Translations under genes and position numbers: made by a program
NCBI GenBank assembly: GCA_963829615.1
Contig: CAWHJM010000006.1
Coordinates: forward strand, 125,151 to 189,150
DNA: 64,000 nucleotides
Source: an uncultured Chloroflexia bacterium
GTDB taxonomy: Bacteria; Chloroflexota; Anaerolineae; Anaerolineales; Villigracilaceae
Reading direction: 5' to 3'
In this document: positions 20,530 to 30,312 of the stretch, one piece after another
Layout: each line of letters begins with the position of its first letter
How positions within the stretch are numbered: position 1 is the stretch's first letter
Notes under the pieces: generated by a model
What the model saw: only the letters and a program-made list of their open reading frames with translations
The model's database searches: none
What the model was told of the DNA's origin: nothing

Positions 20530-21547
20530 TAAATTGTATGAAGCTTTGGAAGTATGTTTGAATGCTCTCGAAACGGGAGCAGACCTGGGGGCGGTGTTGA
20601 AGCGCTTCCCGGATTTGCAGGATGAACTGCGTCCGTTGTTGGAAGCCTCTCAAAAGGCCAAAATGCTGGCGATTTCGGAAGTCCCCGAAAAAGCATTGCG
20701 CGGTGGCAGGATGCGCGTCTTGCAGCATGCGGCTGAGATGCGCAGGGCGACTTCCAAACCGCGTCGGCGCTGGTCCATGTTTGCGTTTCCGCGCCTGGCG
20801 ACTTCCCTGGCGATTGCGCTCATCTTCTTGTTGAGCGGTACCGGACTGGTAAGTGCCTCCAACAGCGCGTTGCCGGGGGACAGCCTGTATCCCGTCAAAC
20901 GCACCTGGGAGGATGTTCGTTTAGTGCTGGTCGTCAATCCTACAAGCCGCGAGCATTTGGAAGATCAATACGAACAGGAACGATTGCATGAGGTGGATGA
21001 GTTACTGGTTGAGAAACGCCCCGAAACGATCACTTTTGCAGGAATGGTGACGGATCAAATCGGGGACCAGTGGGTAGTCTCTGGCATTGCCGTGCAGATC
21101 ACACCGAATAGCCAGTTGCCCCTTGTTCCGGTAATGGTGGGTTCATCCATCATGGTAAGGGGCAGGACAAACGCGCAGGGCTTTGTTGAGGCCGAACGCG
21201 TAACATATTTGGAGACGGACCTTGCGCTCCCAACCGTTGTGCCCACTAAAGTGGAAGATTCTAAAGATACTGAGAACAGTGGAAATTCCGAGACTGAGAT
21301 CAATGATAATGGTTTTCAGGAAGAAATGAACGGAGAATCTATATCGAACGGCGACAATTCTAATGATAGCCAAATCCAGAATGATGGAGAGAAAGTCCGG
21401 AGTAGCAGCAATTCTTCCGGCGATAGTAATAGTAACACCGGTGATTCTGGTAGCAACCACAATAGCAATAGCACCGAGGGCAATCATAGTAACGACGGTT
21501 CTTCCGGGGGCAGTCATGAGCAGAATGATAGCGGAGGCGATCACTAG
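20522..21547 (+). CDS. Membrane anti-sigma factor (copy 2), extracytoplasmic part diverged from copy 1
   Basis: The N-terminus is the same as copy 1 ('MNDKLYEALEVCLNALETGAD'), as are the TM and DUF5667-like start. The middle and the N/S/G/D-rich tail are different. Confidence 0.7.
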   Translation: MNDKLYEALEVCLNALETGADLGAVLKRFPDLQDELRPLLEASQKAKMLAISEVPEKALRGGRMRVLQHAAEMRRATSKPRRRWSMFAFPRLATSLAIALIFLLSGTGLVSASNSALPGDSLYPVKRTWEDVRLVLVVNPTSREHLEDQYEQERLHEVDELLVEKRPETITFAGMVTDQIGDQWVVSGIAVQITPNSQLPLVPVMVGSSIMVRGRTNAQGFVEAERVTYLETDLALPTVVPTKVEDSKDTENSGNSETEINDNGFQEEMNGESISNGDNSNDSQIQNDGEKVRSSSNSSGDSNSNTGDSGSNHNSNSTEGNHSNDGSSGGSHEQNDSGGDH

Positions 21548-21551
21548 ATGA

Positions 21552-21583
21552 CAGGGCAGGCGAACGGCCTGCCCTGATTTTTT
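21552..21583 (+). terminator. Rho-independent terminator after anti-sigma 2
   Basis: CAGGGCAGGC-GAACG-GCCTGCCCTG followed by ATTTTTT. Confidence 0.75.
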
Positions 21584-21708
21584 AAGTTGTCTTTTTGACC
21601 GAATTGGTGTACATTAAGTCCCTAGCACGTTCGTTCTACAAATATTACGTTCTTTGCACATGCGCTTATTTTCTTATAGATAGCAATGTTCTGTGCAGGA
21701 GTTCCCCG

Positions 21709-24289
21709 ATGACTGATAACGAATTGTATCTTGGCCGCCTTTACAACTCCACCCAGAAGCAGATAACAGATAAAACGTTTACCTATAATCTGGCAGACTT
21801 GACTACGCACGCTGTTGTCACCGGCATGACCGGTTCAGGTAAGACGGGGTTATGTATCACGTTGCTCGAAGAAGCCGCGCTGCAAGGCATCCCTGCAATT
21901 ATCATCGATCCCAAAGGTGACCTGACCAACCTCCTGCTGCATTTCCCGAACCTGGCCCCGCAGGACTTCCAGCCCTGGGTCGACCCTGAGATGGCGCGCC
22001 GGGCCGGCAAGTCGCTCGAGCAGGCCGCTACCGAGACCGCGCTTTCCTGGCGGAACGGCCTGGGACAATGGGGTATCGGCACAGACCGCTTGATGGCGCT
22101 CAAGAACGCTGTACAGTTTGCAATTTACACGCCTGGCTCTGATTCGGGTTTGTTGGTAAAAGCGCTGTCATCTTTGGCGTTGCCAGCCGCGGAAGAACGG
22201 GCCAGCCGGGAAATCTTGTTGGACAAGATCGCCAGCACGGTGACGGCTTTGTTGGGGCTGGTCGGGTTGAAAGATATTGACCCGTTGCGTTCGCGCGAAC
22301 ATATCCTGCTTTCCAGGATTATCGAAGAAACTTGGAAGCAAGAGAAGAATGTCGATCTGACGGAACTCATATTACAAACCCAAAATCCGCCCTTCGATAA
22401 ATTGGGCGCATTCCCGATTGACACATTCTTCCCACAAAAAGACCGCATGGACCTGGCCATGCAATTGAACAACATCCTGGCATCGCCCTTCTTTTCAGGG
22501 ATGGCGCGAAGGGCACGAATTGGATATTCGTTCATTGCTTTATATGCCCGATGGCCGCCCCCGGCACAGCGTCTTTTATCTGGCGCACCTGTCCGATGCG
22601 GAGCGCATGTTTTTTGTGACGCTCTTATTGTCCGCGGTCGAAAGCTGGATGCGTACCCAGGTGGGCGCTTCCTCGGTGCGGGCTATCCTGTACATGGATG
22701 AACTCTACGGTTATCTTCCACCGCAGTCCAATCCGCCTTCCAAGCAGCCGTTGCTGCGTCTGCTCAAGCAGGCGCGCGCTTATGGTCTTGGATCTCCTGC
22801 TGGCTACCCAGAACCCGGTCGACCTGGATTACAAGGCGCTTTCCAATGCGGGCACCTGGTTCATCGGCAAGCTCCAGACCGAGCGCGATAAAGAACGTCT
22901 GTTGGATGGCCTGGAGAGCGCCGCGGGTGACGTCTCGCGCGGCGAGATCGATAAGCTGATTTCTTCGCTTGGCAAGCGTGTTTTTATCCAACATAATGTG
23001 CACGCCAAACAGCCGGCCCTATTCCAGACGCGCTGGGCGATGAATTTCCTGGCGGGGCCGATGACCCGCAACCAGATACCGGCCTTGAATAAACTCGTTG
23101 GTGCGGACTTTTTAAAGGTGACGCCTGACTTGACAGAGACAATTCCACAAACGGTGGCAAATTCTGGGGTCCGATCCGCTGCGACTGCGTTAAGCACAGA
23201 CGCTGCCGACTCCCCCGAGCCTGCTCCCACTGTAATGGCGGTTTCTGTTCCCCAGTCCTCTCCGTCAAAGCCTGCTCCGCCTACTTTGGGACATGAGACA
23301 CGTCCTCCCGTCCCGGCTGGTGTGTCCGAATACTTCCTGCCAACCAATCTCAGCCTGACCGAAGCGATGCGCCTGGCTGGCAAGTCCCTGCCTGACGCAA
23401 AGCTGAGCGGCGTACTGTATCGTCCGGCGCTATTGGCAGCTGCCAACGTCCGTTTTCTCGACCGCAAATATGGCGTGGACGCCGAAATCCAGCGCGCTGC
23501 ATTGGTCAATGACCCGGACCGGCGCGGGGTAGTGCGCTGGGAAGAGCATTTCTTCAGCAGCTTTCCCGTGAAAAGCGTAGAACGTGAGCCTGCCCCACAG
23601 GCGCGTTTTTCGGCCTTGGACACGCCCTTGAACGAGTTCCAGGCAGATGACTGCCTTGGAGCGCGATTTTGTGGACTGGATTTATCGAACGGTGACGGTC
23701 ACGGCCAGGGCGAATGAAACCCTGAAAGTCTATGGGGGGCCGGACGTTTCACAGGCGGAGTTCATGAAAGCCTGCGCCGAAACCGCTCGCGCTGCGCGTG
23801 ATGCGGAGATCGAAAAGAGGGCGGCACAAATTGACCGTAAAATCAAAGTCGTTGGAAGACAGGTTGGCGCGCGAGGAACGCGAATTGCGCGGAGATGAAA
23901 CTGAGTTGTCACAACGTAAAATGGAAGAGTTGGGTACACATGCTGAAAACGTGCTGGGATTGTTCGGCGGCCGGAAAAGCTCACGCCGGCTGTCCTCCTC
24001 GCTGACCAAGCGCCGCATGACCGAACAGGCCAAAGCGGATGTCGAGGAGTCGGAAGACGCGATTGCTCAATATGAACAAGATATTCAAGCCTTGAAGCAG
24101 GAACGCCAGCAAACGATCGACGAGATCAGCGATCGTTGGGGAGACGTGGTCAATGACACCAGCGAAGTGACCGTCACGCCCAAGAAAGCGGATATTTTTG
24201 TGGAGCTGTTTGGCGTGGCCTGGATGCCGTATTACCTGGTCGAGTCTGGCGGAAGCCTGGTCGAGTTGCCTGCGTTTGGGCAGGAATAA
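21709..24289 (+). CDS. Large DUF87/HerA-like P-loop ATPase with coiled-coil C-terminal region; four +1 frameshifts (~22487, ~22792, ~23645, ~23846)
   Basis: Walker A 'GMTGSGKTG' and Walker B-like '[10 protein letters not shown]' are present, as is '[32 protein letters not shown]'. Five colinear ORF pieces (21595.., 22520.., 22698.., 23647.., 23798..24289) step through frames 1>2>3>1>2. Confidence 0.65.
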
Positions 24290-24306
24290 CAGTAAACGGA
24301 GAGAAA

Positions 24307-24906
24307 TTGAACATTTTCTGGCTGACTTTGGCTGTATTGATTTGGGGCGTGGTCCATTCCTATCTGGCCTCCTCGGGTGCTAAGAAATGGATGCGTCGCG
24401 TGTTGGGGGAGAGCGTCATGCGCTTTTACCGCTTTGGCTACAATATTTTCTCGGTGGTCAGTTTTCTGCCGATCCTGTGGTTGATGGTTGTCTTACCGGA
24501 CCGGGTGCTGTATCAAATCCCGGTGCCCTGGATGTATCTTTCGTTAGCCGGGCAGTTGGCAGCCGTGGTGTTACTGGTGGTTGGAGTCTTGCAGACAGAT
24601 ACGCTATCGTTTGTTGGTCTGAGGCAGCTTTTCGAGGGGAAAGAACGTTCCTCCCGGCTTGTCATCAGCGGACTCTACCACTGGGTACGGCATCCGCTCT
24701 ACACGGCGGGGTTGCTATTTATCTGGTTGACACCTGCGATGAGCCAGAATTCCCTGGTTGTTTTCATCGCAGCGACAGTTTACATTCTGGTGGGGGCCTT
24801 CTTTGAAGAGCGTAAGTTGGAACGGGAATTCGGCGAAGCCTATCTGGAATATAAGGCCGCTACCCCAATGCTGATCCCCGGACTGCACTTTGGGCGGAAC
24901 AAATAA
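24307..24906 (+). CDS. Membrane methyltransferase family protein (ICMT/PEMT-like)
   Basis: It has 4-5 TM helices. The C-terminal 'GLYHWVRHPLYTAGLLFIW...GAFFEERKLEREFGEAYLEYKAATPMLIPG' is typical of this family. The start is TTG. Confidence 0.7.
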   Translation: MNIFWLTLAVLIWGVVHSYLASSGAKKWMRRVLGESVMRFYRFGYNIFSVVSFLPILWLMVVLPDRVLYQIPVPWMYLSLAGQLAAVVLLVVGVLQTDTLSFVGLRQLFEGKERSSRLVISGLYHWVRHPLYTAGLLFIWLTPAMSQNSLVVFIAATVYILVGAFFEERKLEREFGEAYLEYKAATPMLIPGLHFGRNK

Positions 24907-24976
24907 CTTTTTCAGGCGTCTTAATACAGTTGATCCTTTTAAGTTTTGATTCACATGGAAAAGGTATAATCTTTGC

Positions 24977-26856
24977 ATGACTACTGCCTCTTATCCGTAT
25001 TCACGGCGTAACCCGCTATTACCACAAATCCTGGCCGCTCTGTTGAGCGGACTGACTCTTTTCCTGGGCGCTGTTCTTATGTGGACAGTCGGTTTCCAGT
25101 TGATATATGCCGGCCGCATCTTTCCGGGCGTATCTGTCGCTGGCGTGGACCTTTCTGGTCTCTCGCCCTCGGACGCGGCTCTCAAGTTGAGCCAGACGTT
25201 GTCCTATCCTAATACTGGCAAAATCGTTTTGCGCGATGGGGGCAGCGTTTGGGTAGTAACACCTGCTCAAATGGGCATGGCCTTCGACGCCTCTTCCAGT
25301 GCGCAGGCGGCCTATAAACTTGGTCGCAGTGGCGGCTTGTTTGCCAGCCTGGATGGGCAGTTGCGTGCCCGCAGCAGCGGCGTGGAAGTTGCTCCGGTCA
25401 TCTTGTTCGACCAGCGTGTGGCGTATCAATATTTGCAATCCTTGGCGACCGAAGATTGATCAGCCGGTTGTGGAGGCCAGCCTGAAAGTGGAAGGGACGG
25501 ATGTGGTTGCCGTGCCCGGTCAGGTGGGGCGCTCATTGGACGTGCAAGGCACGTTGGTCTTTCTCAGTGCCCAGATGCAGACCTTCCGCGATGGTGAAGT
25601 GCCGTTGGTCATTCGCGAACAAACACCCGAAATCGTGGATGTCTCTGCGCAGGCCGAAGTTGCGCGTCGTGTATTAAGCCAGCCATTGCGTCTTTACATT
25701 GCCGATGCGGTCGATGGCGACCCCGGCCCATGGAATTACGATGTACAAATCCTGGCGAATATGCTGATTGTGCGCCGCGTGGGAAATGAAGTCCAGGTAG
25801 CGCTTGAACTCGGCGCCGTTGCGCGATATCCTGTTGGGCATTGCCACGCAGGTGGACCGCAAGGCGGAAAACGCCGGTTTTAGATTCAATGACACAACTC
25901 GTCAATTAGACTTAATCCGTTATTCTAAAGTCGGCCGCACAGTCGATACCGAAGCCAGCATCACAGCGATCAATGATGCTTTGCTGCAAGGCGAGCACAA
26001 TATCGCCTTGCAAATTGTTGAAAAACAGCCTGATGTGACCGATAATGCCACTGGCGAGCAGTTGGGCGTTACGGAGTTGGTTAGCTCTGAGACATCCTAT
26101 TTCTACGGTTCCAGCGCTGAACGTATCCAGAACATTCAGACGGCAGCCGCTCGTTTTGATGGTTTGCTGGTTGCGCCGGGAGAGACCTTCTCGATGGGCG
26201 ATGCAATGGGGGATGTCAGCCTGGACAATGGCTTTGCCGAAGCACTCATTATCTATGGCGGACGTACTATCAAGGGCGTTGGCGGTGGCGTTTGCCAGGT
26301 AAGCACGACCTTGTTCCGTACTGTGTTTTTCGGAGGCTATCCGGTTGTGGAACGCATCCCGCATGCTTACCGGGTTTCCTATTACGAGGAAACCGCCAGC
26401 GGAGCCATTGACTCTAATCTGGCGGGGCTGGATGCTACAGTTTACTTCCCGCTGGTGGATTTCCAATTCACCAATGACACGCCCTACTGGATTTTGATGG
26501 AAACTTACGTCAGTGCCGAGGCACGCACACTGACCTGGAAGTTCTATTCCACCAGCGATGGCCGCAGCGTCACCTGGGATACGACCGGTCCGCAGAATGT
26601 CGTCCCAGCGCCCAAACCGCTCTTTGAAGAAAACGATGAGTTGAAAGGTGGCCAGATCAAACAGGTCGACTGGGCTGCTAATGGCGCGGACGTGGATGTC
26701 ACACGCACAGTTTGGAAGAACGGCGCGGCTTATTTCAGCGATGAGTTCAAGACGCATTACGAACCCTGGCAAGCGGTCTGTGAAGTCGCGCCGGGCACAG
26801 AAAATCCTGAAAAACTTGCCAAGCGCAATAATCTGTGCAGGTCGCCCTCTACCTAA
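24977..26856 (+). CDS. VanW-family protein (N-terminal TM anchor); two +1 frameshifts (~25450, ~25803)
   Basis: The VanW core is 'GGRTIKGVGGGVCQVSTTLFRTVFFGGYPVVERIPHAYRVSYYE'. ORFs 24977..25459, 25299..25883 and 25804..26856 are colinear. Confidence 0.75.
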
Positions 26857-26883
26857 AAATATGCAAGAAGCAGTAAAACGAAT

Positions 26884-27006
26884 ATCGATTTGATTGATAA
26901 ATTTGAGATTACTGCCACAAGCCAAATCCTATTTGTGCCGGATGTTACATCAGACGTCGATATCGAAATTCGTGTCGGGGCAGATGCGCTCGACCTCATT
27001 CCTTAA
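26884..27006 (+). pseudogene. Orphan relic of the last ~40 codons of an LCP (LytR_C) gene
   Basis: It translates to 'IDLIDKFEITATSQILFVPDVTSDVDIEIRVGADALDLIP*'. The C-terminus of 27972..29375 is 'LRYLITAFGVDAVNQIIFSPDPSSPVDIEIRVGADALNIIP*'. Confidence 0.65.
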
Positions 27007-27162
27007 CAAACATTAATTGTCAAATTGACCCACAAAATGGTAAAATTCCGCACTAGTGTCGCATCCTTATCGAATTGTAAGATTGCATCAAGAACAACCT
27101 TCATAAATGGAAATTTATCTTATAACTTTTGATAATTGCGGTACTGTTGAAATGGAGCTTAC

Positions 27163-27381
27163 ATGATTAGTCAAGATTTGCTTGAAATTCTACGTTGTCC
27201 CAATTGCGTACGTGAGAAAGAAGGCTTACTCACGCTGCACAAGGATGCCTGGCTGATTTGCCAGGATTGTGGACGCAAATATCCCATAGTGGACGATATC
27301 CCGGTCATGTTGATCGATGAGGGCGATAAGTGGGTCAGTGTAGAAGCTGAAAAATTGCCCGTTCCACCCCCAGCGAAGTAA
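27163..27381 (+). CDS. Trm112-family small zinc-ribbon-like protein
   Basis: 'LLEILRCPNC...LICQDCGRKYPIVDDIPVMLIDE' fits the Trm112p/DUF343 pattern. Confidence 0.8.
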   Translation: MISQDLLEILRCPNCVREKEGLLTLHKDAWLICQDCGRKYPIVDDIPVMLIDEGDKWVSVEAEKLPVPPPAK

Positions 27382-27387
27382 GAGGTT

Positions 27388-27966
27388 TTGGTGTCTGTTC
27401 TGGATGAACTGCTGGCCGACTTGACCAGCGGGGATGAAACGCGTGCAGAGAACGCTGTCCCTGGTCTGGTAGAGCTTGGCGAGGATGCTTTCCCGGCGTT
27501 ACGTGATTTGTTGAGCGCTGTGGATGCTGACCAGCGATGGTGGGCGCTGCGAACTTTAGCCCAATCGCCTCAATCACAGACCGAATGGCTGCTTCCGCTT
27601 CTGAACGACTCAGTCTCTGAAGTACGTCAGGCGGCGGCGCTCGGGTTGTGCAGTCATCCCGACGAAACGGCTGTCAGGCCGCTTATCCGGGCTTTGAGCG
27701 ACGGGGATTCGATGGTATCGGATTTGGCCCGTAATGCGCTGGTCGTGATCGGGAAGCCGGCAGTCCCGTCCTTGTTGGAGGTTCCCAAAGATGCGCCACA
27801 AAGGGCGCGTATCAACGCGCTCAGGGCGTTGGCTGAAATTGTTGACTATAGCACAATCCCAACCCTCATGGCTGCCCTCGAAGAGGACTCTGTCATGATG
27901 CAGCATTGGGCCGAAGAAGGCCTGGAGCGATTGGGCCTGAATATGGTTTATCTCAAACCTGAGTAG
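27388..27966 (+). CDS. HEAT-repeat protein
   Basis: Repeated 'VR..AA.AL......AV..L...L.D' helices are present. The start is GTG. Confidence 0.65.
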   Translation: MVSVLDELLADLTSGDETRAENAVPGLVELGEDAFPALRDLLSAVDADQRWWALRTLAQSPQSQTEWLLPLLNDSVSEVRQAAALGLCSHPDETAVRPLIRALSDGDSMVSDLARNALVVIGKPAVPSLLEVPKDAPQRARINALRALAEIVDYSTIPTLMAALEEDSVMMQHWAEEGLERLGLNMVYLKPE

Positions 27967-27971
27967 GAAGA

Positions 27972-29375
27972 ATGAAAAAACTGAACTTGAGTTTCTTGAA
28001 ACGAATATCGATAGTGCAAATCATCGTGGTTGTAATCGCAATTGCCCTGGCGATTCCCGCTTTTATTCTCACCCGTAACTTTGTAGTAAGTTGGCAGATT
28101 ACTGATTTGCCGGGTGTGGCCATAAAATATGACAATCAAGGACAACCCCAGGCAGCCAGCACGGATGCGCCTGCTCCCGCAGACCCCGGTATCCCGGAAG
28201 AAAACATGCCTTCTTGGGATGGTAGCAGTCGCGTAACCCTGCTCTTCATTGGCCTGGATGAACGCGACTGGGAAGTGGGTCAGGGGGCACCGCGCTCGGA
28301 TACGATGATTTTGTTCACCATCGACCCGGTCAGCAAAACCGCCGGGATGCTTTCTGTTCCGCGTGATATGTGGGTCAACATCCCCGGATTTGGCTATAGC
28401 CGTATCAATACCGCTTATTCTTCCGGCGAAGGCGATAAATTGCCAGGCGGTGGGCCTGGATTGGCTGTCAAGACAGTTGAGCAATTTATCGGTGTGCCCA
28501 TCCAATACTATGCCCAGGTTGACTTCAAGGCTTTTGAAGAGGCCATCGATGCCATGGGCGGCTTGTATCTGTGCCCGGGCGAACGGATCACAATTGACCC
28601 GATTGGCCCCAAGCCACCGGTCAAGATGGGCCCGGAATGTCGCAATTATTGGGGCTATGAAGTGTTGGGCTATGCGCGCAACCGTCATACGCAAGGTGGC
28701 GATGTGGACCGTGCCAATCGCCAACAGAAAGTCATTATGGCTCTAGTCGATCAGGTATTTTCGCCGCAGAATTTCCCTACAATGGTATCCAAAGCACCGA
28801 AAATTTACGCCGAAGCAGAATCAGGCTTGCGCACGAACCTGAGCTTTGATGATGCTTTGAAATTGGGCGTCTTGCTCTCGCAGGTTCCCAAGGAAAATAT
28901 TAAGCGCGGTGTCATTGATTACACCATGGTGACCTTGGATAACGTGACGCTGGGTGGGCAGAATGCCAGTATCTTTAAACCTATCCCGGACAAAATCCGT
29001 GTGTTGCGAGATGAAATCTTCTCGGCAGCGGGACCGCTCAGTCCGATGGCGAGCGGCGATCCGACTGTGTTGATGCAGGAAGATGCTGCCCGTGTGCGCG
29101 TTGTGAACGGTACCTATACCGAGGGCCTGCCCGAACGGACCGGTAACTACCTGCTTGCACAGGGAATGCAGGTTGTTGAAGCGGGTGGGTATGCTGAACA
29201 ACAATATAACCGTACAACGATTGTGATGTACGGACCGAAGTTGTATACCTTGCGATACCTAATTACTGCTTTCGGGGTTGATGCCGTAAATCAAATTATT
29301 TTCAGCCCGGACCCCTCGTCACCGGTGGATATAGAAATTCGCGTCGGAGCAGATGCGCTCAACATCATCCCCTAG
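27972..29375 (+). CDS. LytR-CpsA-Psr (LCP) family protein with LytR_C domain
   Basis: It has an N-terminal TM. 'RSDTMILFTIDPVSKTAGMLSVPRDMWVNIPG..YSRINTAY' is the LCP core. The C-terminal domain is LytR_C-like. Confidence 0.85.
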   Translation: MKKLNLSFLKRISIVQIIVVVIAIALAIPAFILTRNFVVSWQITDLPGVAIKYDNQGQPQAASTDAPAPADPGIPEENMPSWDGSSRVTLLFIGLDERDWEVGQGAPRSDTMILFTIDPVSKTAGMLSVPRDMWVNIPGFGYSRINTAYSSGEGDKLPGGGPGLAVKTVEQFIGVPIQYYAQVDFKAFEEAIDAMGGLYLCPGERITIDPIGPKPPVKMGPECRNYWGYEVLGYARNRHTQGGDVDRANRQQKVIMALVDQVFSPQNFPTMVSKAPKIYAEAESGLRTNLSFDDALKLGVLLSQVPKENIKRGVIDYTMVTLDNVTLGGQNASIFKPIPDKIRVLRDEIFSAAGPLSPMASGDPTVLMQEDAARVRVVNGTYTEGLPERTGNYLLAQGMQVVEAGGYAEQQYNRTTIVMYGPKLYTLRYLITAFGVDAVNQIIFSPDPSSPVDIEIRVGADALNIIP

Positions 29376-29397
29376 TGTAAGAACGCTTTAAATATTA

Positions 29398-29435
29398 CTG
29401 CCGCAGGTAAAAATTGCCTGCGGCAGTTTTCTTTT
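29398..29435. terminator. Bidirectional terminator between convergent genes
   Basis: CTGCCGCAGG-N9-CCTGCGGCAG followed by TTTTCTTTT. An A-rich tract lies on the other side. Confidence 0.7.
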
Positions 29436-29436
29436 G

Positions 29437-30312
29437 TCAGGGTTGCTGGAATGTAAGGCGCACTCCGCCTTGATAGGGCTCGCCGTTTGTGTTTGTGCAG
29501 GCAGGTATGGACAGCTCCAAAGCGGGCGTCCCACCATCTGCCATGCGAACGGAATAAGTTACATTGGGCGCCATCAGGAAATCTGCATAACCGTAACCGA
29601 GCTCGGGTTTCAAGCCAGTGAAGATATGTTCTTCTCCGGAGTTCCAGGTGATGATGATTTCTGCACCGGGGATTTGTTTACGCACGGCGTTGGTTACAAC
29701 CACTTGCAACAGACCTTCTGCCAGTTCTGTATCGCAGACGGTATCCTGTCCTACCAGTTGATATGGAGCACCCAGGGTGGGTGTTGGTGTGCTGGTGGGC
29801 CTGGACGTGGCAGTCAACAATGGGACGGGTGTGCTGGTTGGCTCAGTTTCTGATGTTGGCTCCAATGTTTCAACTAATAACGTTGCTGTGCCGACCGTTG
29901 GCATGTCTATGACTTCAGATGTCGTATCATTGCTATTGGTTGAGGTGACAGTCGCTGCGGGAGGCGAATTGACGGCTACCTGTCCCTGCAAAACGGAGGC
30001 CAGCATGGCAACCTGTTGAACGGCTTCGGGAGACTCCCCACTTGCCAGCATACGTTGTGCCTGGGCGGCCAAAGCCTGGGATGGGTCTGGGTCGCCGAGC
30101 AACGCCAGACGAGCGCGGGCACGTTCCAGGTCCGGGTTCGAGGCGTAGGCAGCGGCAATGGCGGAGCGGTAGTCATCTTTGAAATCGTCTCGCAGGGCAC
30201 GGGGTTCTGCATCCACATATTTAACGGGGGCAATAACCCAGGCATAGACCAGTCCAAACCCGAAGCCCAGCATAAGTACAACCAGCCACCAGGGGAAGCG
30301 TTTCACCGTCAT
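29437..30312 (-). CDS. Hypothetical membrane-anchored protein (N-terminal domain paralogous to 30309..30683, T/P-rich linker, C-terminal beta domain)
   Basis: The N-terminus 'WWLVVLMLGFGFGLVYAWVIAPVKYVDAEPRALRDDFKDDYR' parallels 'LSILIAVILGLTLGLVYGWVINPVQYTDITPNALRIDYRTDYV'. Confidence 0.55.
   Translation of the reverse strand: MTVKRFPWWLVVLMLGFGFGLVYAWVIAPVKYVDAEPRALRDDFKDDYRSAIAAAYASNPDLERARARLALLGDPDPSQALAAQAQRMLASGESPEAVQQVAMLASVLQGQVAVNSPPAATVTSTNSNDTTSEVIDMPTVGTATLLVETLEPTSETEPTSTPVPLLTATSRPTSTPTPTLGAPYQLVGQDTVCDTELAEGLLQVVVTNAVRKQIPGAEIIITWNSGEEHIFTGLKPELGYGYADFLMAPNVTYSVRMADGGTPALELSIPACTNTNGEPYQGGVRLTFQQP

Noticed and set aside
25912-26925. Long antisense ORFs opposite well-supported genes: 25912..26925(-) 337 aa, 22829..23623(-) 264 aa, 27948..28724(-) 258 aa, 11580..12176(-) 198 aa, 61770..62360(-) 196 aa, 52132..52782(+) 216 aa
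   Set aside because: Each lies entirely inside a gene with strong family motifs on the other strand (VanW, ATPase, LCP, PLD, pgm, amidohydrolase). Their translations are Arg/Ala/Gly/Cys-rich with no recognisable domain. They are typical shadow ORFs.
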